Positions 16,759-22,136 of a DNA stretch of 22,136 nucleotides are shown here, piece after piece (within the stretch, counting starts at the first letter, position 1; each line of letters opens with the position of its first letter). The notes under the pieces are model-generated. The model was not told where the DNA came from and did no database searches. It saw nothing but the letters and a program-made list of their open reading frames with translations. The DNA is from Candidatus Fraserbacteria bacterium (GTDB lineage: Bacteria; Bipolaricaulota; Bipolaricaulia; RBG-16-55-9). The stretch is taken from assembly GCA_037442925.1 (NCBI GenBank), contig JBBIPG010000037.1, forward strand, positions 1 through 22,136, given 5' to 3'. The position numbers and the translations under genes are program-made.

Positions 16759-16791
16759 CTGCTGGCAGTGAGATTCAGCAAGGGGATGACT

Positions 16792-18462
<1,671 letters not shown>

Positions 18463-18515
18463 CGCCTCCTCGGGCTTTAAGATCTCAGAGAGTTTATATT
18501 TTCGGGAGTGATTTT

Positions 18516-19655
18516 GTGTCGGACCCAACGGAACTACACGCAGGTCTTAAGGGCGTAGTCATCGCGGAATCCACGATCTGTTACATCGATGGGGAACGCG
18601 GTCTCCTCCGCTATCGCGGCTATGACATCGAAGACTTGGCTCGGCATTCGGCCTATGAAGAGACGGCTTATCTTTTGCTGTATGGAGATCTCCCTACTCG
18701 CCAGCAGCTCCAGCCGTTCTCGCAGGAATTGAAGCACCACAGAACCCTTTCCGATGCGGAACTGGAGGTGCTCCGATCTTTTCCGAAGAGCGCGCCGCCC
18801 ATGGATATCCTGCGCACGATGATCTCCGCCATTGCCCTGGGTGATCCCGAAGCGGATGATCTATCTGAAAAAGCCAATCAGAACAAGGCCATCAAGCTCA
18901 TTGCCAAATTCCCCACGATTCTGGCAGCACACGACCGTCTTCGCCGGGATTTGCAACCTGTTGCCCCCAAGAGCACACTCAACCATGCCGCCAACTTTCT
19001 CTACATGCTGTCAGGACAAGAGCCCAATCAGACGAGTGCCCGCACCTTCGATGTCTGTCTCATTTTGCACGCCGATCATGGCTTCAACGCCTCGACGTTC
19101 GCCGCACGGGTGACGGCCTCCACGCTCTCCGACCTCTATTCTGCGGTTACAGCAGCCATCGGGACGCTCAAAGGACCGCTTCACGGTGGGGCGAATGCCC
19201 AAGTGCTCGATATGCTCCAAGCCATTGGCTCCGTGAACAACGTCCGGTCCCACCTCGAAGGCATGCTCGCCCGCAAGGAGAAGATCTGGGGCATGGGCCA
19301 CCGCGTATACAAGACGAAAGACCCCCGAGCTTTCATCCTGCAGTCGCTCATCGAGCAATTGGCTGCTGCTTGTGGGGCAGCCCCTCTCTACGATATCGCG
19401 CGGGAGGTCGAGAAGATAGGCACGGAACTGCTGAGCCAGAAAGGCATCTATCCCAACGTGGATTTTTACTCGGCTGTGATCTATCACATGTTGGGAATCC
19501 CGCAGGATCTGTTTACACCGATCTTCGCACTCAGCCGTGTGAGCGGCTGGACCGCTCACGTTCTGGAGCAGTACCGCAAGAATGTGTTGATTCGACCACA
19601 GGAACGGTATGTGGGCCCCTTGGAGCGTTCGTACGTCCCAATCGAACAACGATGA
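18516..19655 (+). CDS. Citrate (or 2-methylcitrate) synthase, short dimeric type
   Basis: GLKGV, LRYRGY, LHADHGFNAST, GPLHGGAN, GMGHRVY, PNVDFY; GTG start with GGGAG SD. Confidence 0.92.
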   Translation: MSDPTELHAGLKGVVIAESTICYIDGERGLLRYRGYDIEDLARHSAYEETAYLLLYGDLPTRQQLQPFSQELKHHRTLSDAELEVLRSFPKSAPPMDILRTMISAIALGDPEADDLSEKANQNKAIKLIAKFPTILAAHDRLRRDLQPVAPKSTLNHAANFLYMLSGQEPNQTSARTFDVCLILHADHGFNASTFAARVTASTLSDLYSAVTAAIGTLKGPLHGGANAQVLDMLQAIGSVNNVRSHLEGMLARKEKIWGMGHRVYKTKDPRAFILQSLIEQLAAACGAAPLYDIAREVEKIGTELLSQKGIYPNVDFYSAVIYHMLGIPQDLFTPIFALSRVSGWTAHVLEQYRKNVLIRPQERYVGPLERSYVPIEQR

Positions 19656-20878
19656 AGCGCGATCTGGCAGGGTTGATGAGTGAACGAGACATCGACGTCG
19701 CCATCGTCGAAGGCTCTGATGGAACTCACGGAGCCAATCCGGCCTTTGCGTATCTCGTGAATGGAGAACATCTGGTAGGGACAGTCATCCTCCAGCGCGG
19801 CAAGGCTGCTCAGTTGCTCTATCGCTCGATGGAGCGCGATGCCGCCGCTGCTACGGGACTAGAACTGATCAACCTCGATCGTTGGCCACTCCACGAGATT
19901 CTCGAAGAATACCCCAATCCCTTGGACGCCCGTGTCGAGCTGTATCGCAGGATTTTCGAGGATCTTAAGATCAAGGGCAAAGTTGCCTTCTACGGCACGG
20001 GCTCCATCGGTGGATATCACGCGTTCTTGCAGGCGCTTAAAACGAAAGTCCCTGGCATAGAGATCGTCGGCGAGTACGATCGGGATATCTTCGCTGTCGC
20101 GCGTGAGACGAAGGACGCACATGAGCTTGAAAGTTTGCGGGTTGCAGGGCAAAGGACCTGCGAAGTCGTCGAGGCCGTTATTAAGTTCTTACAAGCACAT
20201 TCTGTCAAGAATGAAACCCTCATCCAGGAAGATGGAAAACCTTTGACGATCGCGGACGTGAAAGAGTTCACCCGCTTGGAGTTGGCGCGCTGGGGTCTCT
20301 CCTCTGCTGAAGACTTTATATTCGCTATCGGAAGAGATGCGGGTGTGCCTCACTCAACGGGTAACTCGAAGGACCCTCTTCAACTGGGCAAGACGATCGT
20401 CTTTGACATCTTTCCCAAAGAACCCGGTGGGTATTTCCACGATCTGACCCGCACGTTTTGTCTGGGATATGCACCCAAAGAAGTCGAACGAATTTTCCGG
20501 GATGTGATGGAGTGCTTCGAGACGGTGGTGGGCCAGTTCAAAGCGGGAGAGCTTACCCAGAGCTATCAACACGTAGCTTGTGAGTTCTTCGAGAAGCGGG
20601 GACACAGTACGCTGAAGAGCAACCCGACGTCTCAAGAGGGGTACGTGCACAGTCTGGGTCACGGCGTGGGACTAGAAGTTCATGAACAGCCCTACTTCCC
20701 CACGTTTGGGAAGTGGGAGACGAAGTTGAAGGAAGGCATGGTCTTCACGGTAGAGCCTGGACTCTATTACCCGGAGCGCGGCTTCGGCGTTCGCATCGAA
20801 GACACGTACTACTGCGATGAATCAGGAGAATTTCACAGTTTAACGCCGTTCCCCAAGGACTTAGTCATTGAGCTTTGA
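19652..20878 (+). CDS. M24 family metallopeptidase (Xaa-Pro aminopeptidase/prolidase-like)
   Basis: Metal ligands in FDIFP, YFHDLTRT, HSLGHGVGL.VHE, TVEPGLY, GVRIED; ATG 19652 overlaps the citrate synthase stop (ATGA). Confidence 0.9.
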   Translation: MKRDLAGLMSERDIDVAIVEGSDGTHGANPAFAYLVNGEHLVGTVILQRGKAAQLLYRSMERDAAAATGLELINLDRWPLHEILEEYPNPLDARVELYRRIFEDLKIKGKVAFYGTGSIGGYHAFLQALKTKVPGIEIVGEYDRDIFAVARETKDAHELESLRVAGQRTCEVVEAVIKFLQAHSVKNETLIQEDGKPLTIADVKEFTRLELARWGLSSAEDFIFAIGRDAGVPHSTGNSKDPLQLGKTIVFDIFPKEPGGYFHDLTRTFCLGYAPKEVERIFRDVMECFETVVGQFKAGELTQSYQHVACEFFEKRGHSTLKSNPTSQEGYVHSLGHGVGLEVHEQPYFPTFGKWETKLKEGMVFTVEPGLYYPERGFGVRIEDTYYCDESGEFHSLTPFPKDLVIEL

Positions 20879-20961
20879 CTTTTTTGAGGTACAAACGCGA
20901 TTGAAGATAGCGGTCTCCGTCCCCTGATAGCCTGTCCACTTTCGTTTAGTGTCTGTCTGGG

Positions 20962-21008
20962 TTGTCGTGACCCCTTTTTAAGGCTATAATTGCCGTAATG
21001 GCCATAAA
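20962..21008 (+). promoter_or_regulatory. Toxin-antitoxin promoter with repeated operator-like boxes
   Basis: TTGTCG (20962-20967), 17-bp spacer, TATAAT (20985-20990); 9-bp-period repeats GGCTATAAT/TGCCGTAAT/GGCCATAAA; palindrome ATGGCCAT at 20998-21005. Confidence 0.65.
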
Positions 21009-21023
21009 GTCCTGGAGGTGTCC

Positions 21024-21323
21024 GTGATTCGCGTCGGCATTGCCAAAGCGAAGAATATTCTCTCCGCCCTGGTCAACCGTGTGGCCTTCGGCAGTGAGCG
21101 TATCATCTTGGAGTCTCGAGGCAATCCCAAGGCCGCCTTGGTGAGTCTCGAGGATCTGCGCCAGCTGGAAAGGGCTTCTCGGCCTACCCGAAGTCAGCGG
21201 CTGCTGGCCTTAGCGGAGGCGGATCGTGTGAGAGCTGCCTTGGAGGGCCGCCGCTTAACCGACTCCACCAAGCAGTTACACCGGCTGCGGGAGGAGCGAG
21301 CCCGTGCGCTCTCCAGACGCTGA
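21024..21323 (+). CDS. Phd/YefM family antitoxin
   Basis: IRVGIAKAKNILSALVNRV..ERIILESRGNPKAALVS pattern; GTG 21024 lies 5 nt after GGAGG; precedes a PIN toxin. Confidence 0.87.
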   Translation: MIRVGIAKAKNILSALVNRVAFGSERIILESRGNPKAALVSLEDLRQLERASRPTRSQRLLALAEADRVRAALEGRRLTDSTKQLHRLREERARALSRR

Positions 21324-21762
21324 GGGGACATCGACCGCAGTGGCCGTGGATGCCAGCTTCGCCCTCAAGCTGGTACTCCCCGAAGAACATAGCGACCGGG
21401 TGCGTCAGCTGTGGGAGGGGTGGGTCAAGGAGGAGTTTGAGATCCTCGCCCCTTATCTTTTGGCGTATGAAGCGACCTCGGTGCTGCGGCACAAGGTCTT
21501 CCGGGGGGAGCTGACGCTTCAGGAGGGAGAAGCGGCGTTGGAGGCTCTTCAAGCGCAAGGGATTGCCCTGAGGCATCCCGAGGGGTTAGAGCGGACGGCT
21601 TGGGAGCTGGCAGGGCGGTTCAACCGCCCGACCGCGTATGATACGAGCTACTTGGCCCTGGCCCAGCTATGGGGCTGTGAGCTGTGGACGGCTGATGAGC
21701 GGTTGAAGAACGCCATCCGAGGGGAACTGTCGTATGTGAAGTGGGTGGGGGAGGGTCTCTAG
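21304..21762 (+). CDS. vapC: VapC-type PIN-domain toxin
   Basis: VDAS, E in AYEAT, AYDTSYLALA and LWTAD provide the acidic PIN residues; the start could alternatively be GTG 21340. Confidence 0.87.
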   Translation: MRSPDAEGTSTAVAVDASFALKLVLPEEHSDRVRQLWEGWVKEEFEILAPYLLAYEATSVLRHKVFRGELTLQEGEAALEALQAQGIALRHPEGLERTAWELAGRFNRPTAYDTSYLALAQLWGCELWTADERLKNAIRGELSYVKWVGEGL

Positions 21763-21800
21763 ATCGGAGTCGGGGTGAAGTCAGACCCGTTTAATAGTGG

Positions 21801-22070
21801 TCACTTACGCAGCCCTCTGACGCTTCTCACCGACTGGTGGGCCGATCGTAGGACTAGGCCAAAATATTTGGGGAGAGAGTGAGTTGCCATCAGAGCAGAC
21901 GCAAAGCCCAGGAAACACCGAAGCTGGCAACGATAGCCGTACCAGGAGGATAGCTGACAAAGAAGGAGCCGGGTGCACCTTGGGTCGTTTCTACTGCTAT
22001 TCCCACACTTGCTCTCAAATTCTGCACCAGGTCCCTTGTCAAACCTGCCGAGTTTGACCGACTTGCTCAC
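21801..22070 (-). CDS. Possible small hypothetical protein or gene remnant
   Basis: 89-codon ORF with GAGGT 6 nt before the GTG; no recognisable motif. Confidence 0.2.
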   Translation of the reverse strand: MSKSVKLGRFDKGPGAEFESKCGNSSRNDPRCTRLLLCQLSSWYGYRCQLRCFLGFASALMATHSLPKYFGLVLRSAHQSVRSVRGLRK

Positions 22071-22136
22071 GGCTTTACCTCAATCTAAGCCTGATGCATA
22101 GGAGCCAGTGATGCTAGATCACCAGGGCCTTCACGC

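Noticed and set aside
19370..19651. 94-aa N-terminal extension of the M24 peptidase
   Set aside because: It lies within the citrate synthase gene in another frame; the ATGA-coupled start at 19652 gives a normal-sized protein.
21771..21792. Intrinsic terminator after vapC
   Set aside because: The stem is only 4-5 bp with three T residues after it; too weak to call.

Overview
Bacterial chromosomal window, roughly 55-60% GC by eye, densely coding, with no rRNA, tRNA, CRISPR array or transposase seen. The first bases hold the start of a divergent minus-strand gene. A consensus sigma70 promoter and a ~140-nt structured leader precede a four-gene CUT1-type ABC importer with a Tat-exported binding protein. 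A speB-pdaD (agmatinase + pyruvoyl arginine decarboxylase) operon converges on fabF. A long minus-strand run hutH-era-(GAF)3-GGDEF-GNAT-OSBS/NSAR-recO has every gene overlapping the next. Divergent from hutH is an AAA_14/DUF4143-type ATPase-wHTH-PD-(D/E)XK gene whose promoter and start codon lie inside nested palindromes, including a perfect 24-bp one. It is followed by a SpoU methyltransferase, hutU, citrate synthase, an M24 peptidase and a Phd/YefM-PIN toxin-antitoxin pair. The strongest leads are the palindromic operator on the apparently leaderless ATPase-nuclease gene, the signalling plus D-amino-acid module inside era-recO, the ABC leader (RNA structure or GntR-type operators), a GGDEF domain lacking the catalytic Lys, and a Ser-Ser-Gly MIO triad in HutH. 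All family calls come from reading motifs by eye; no database search was run.
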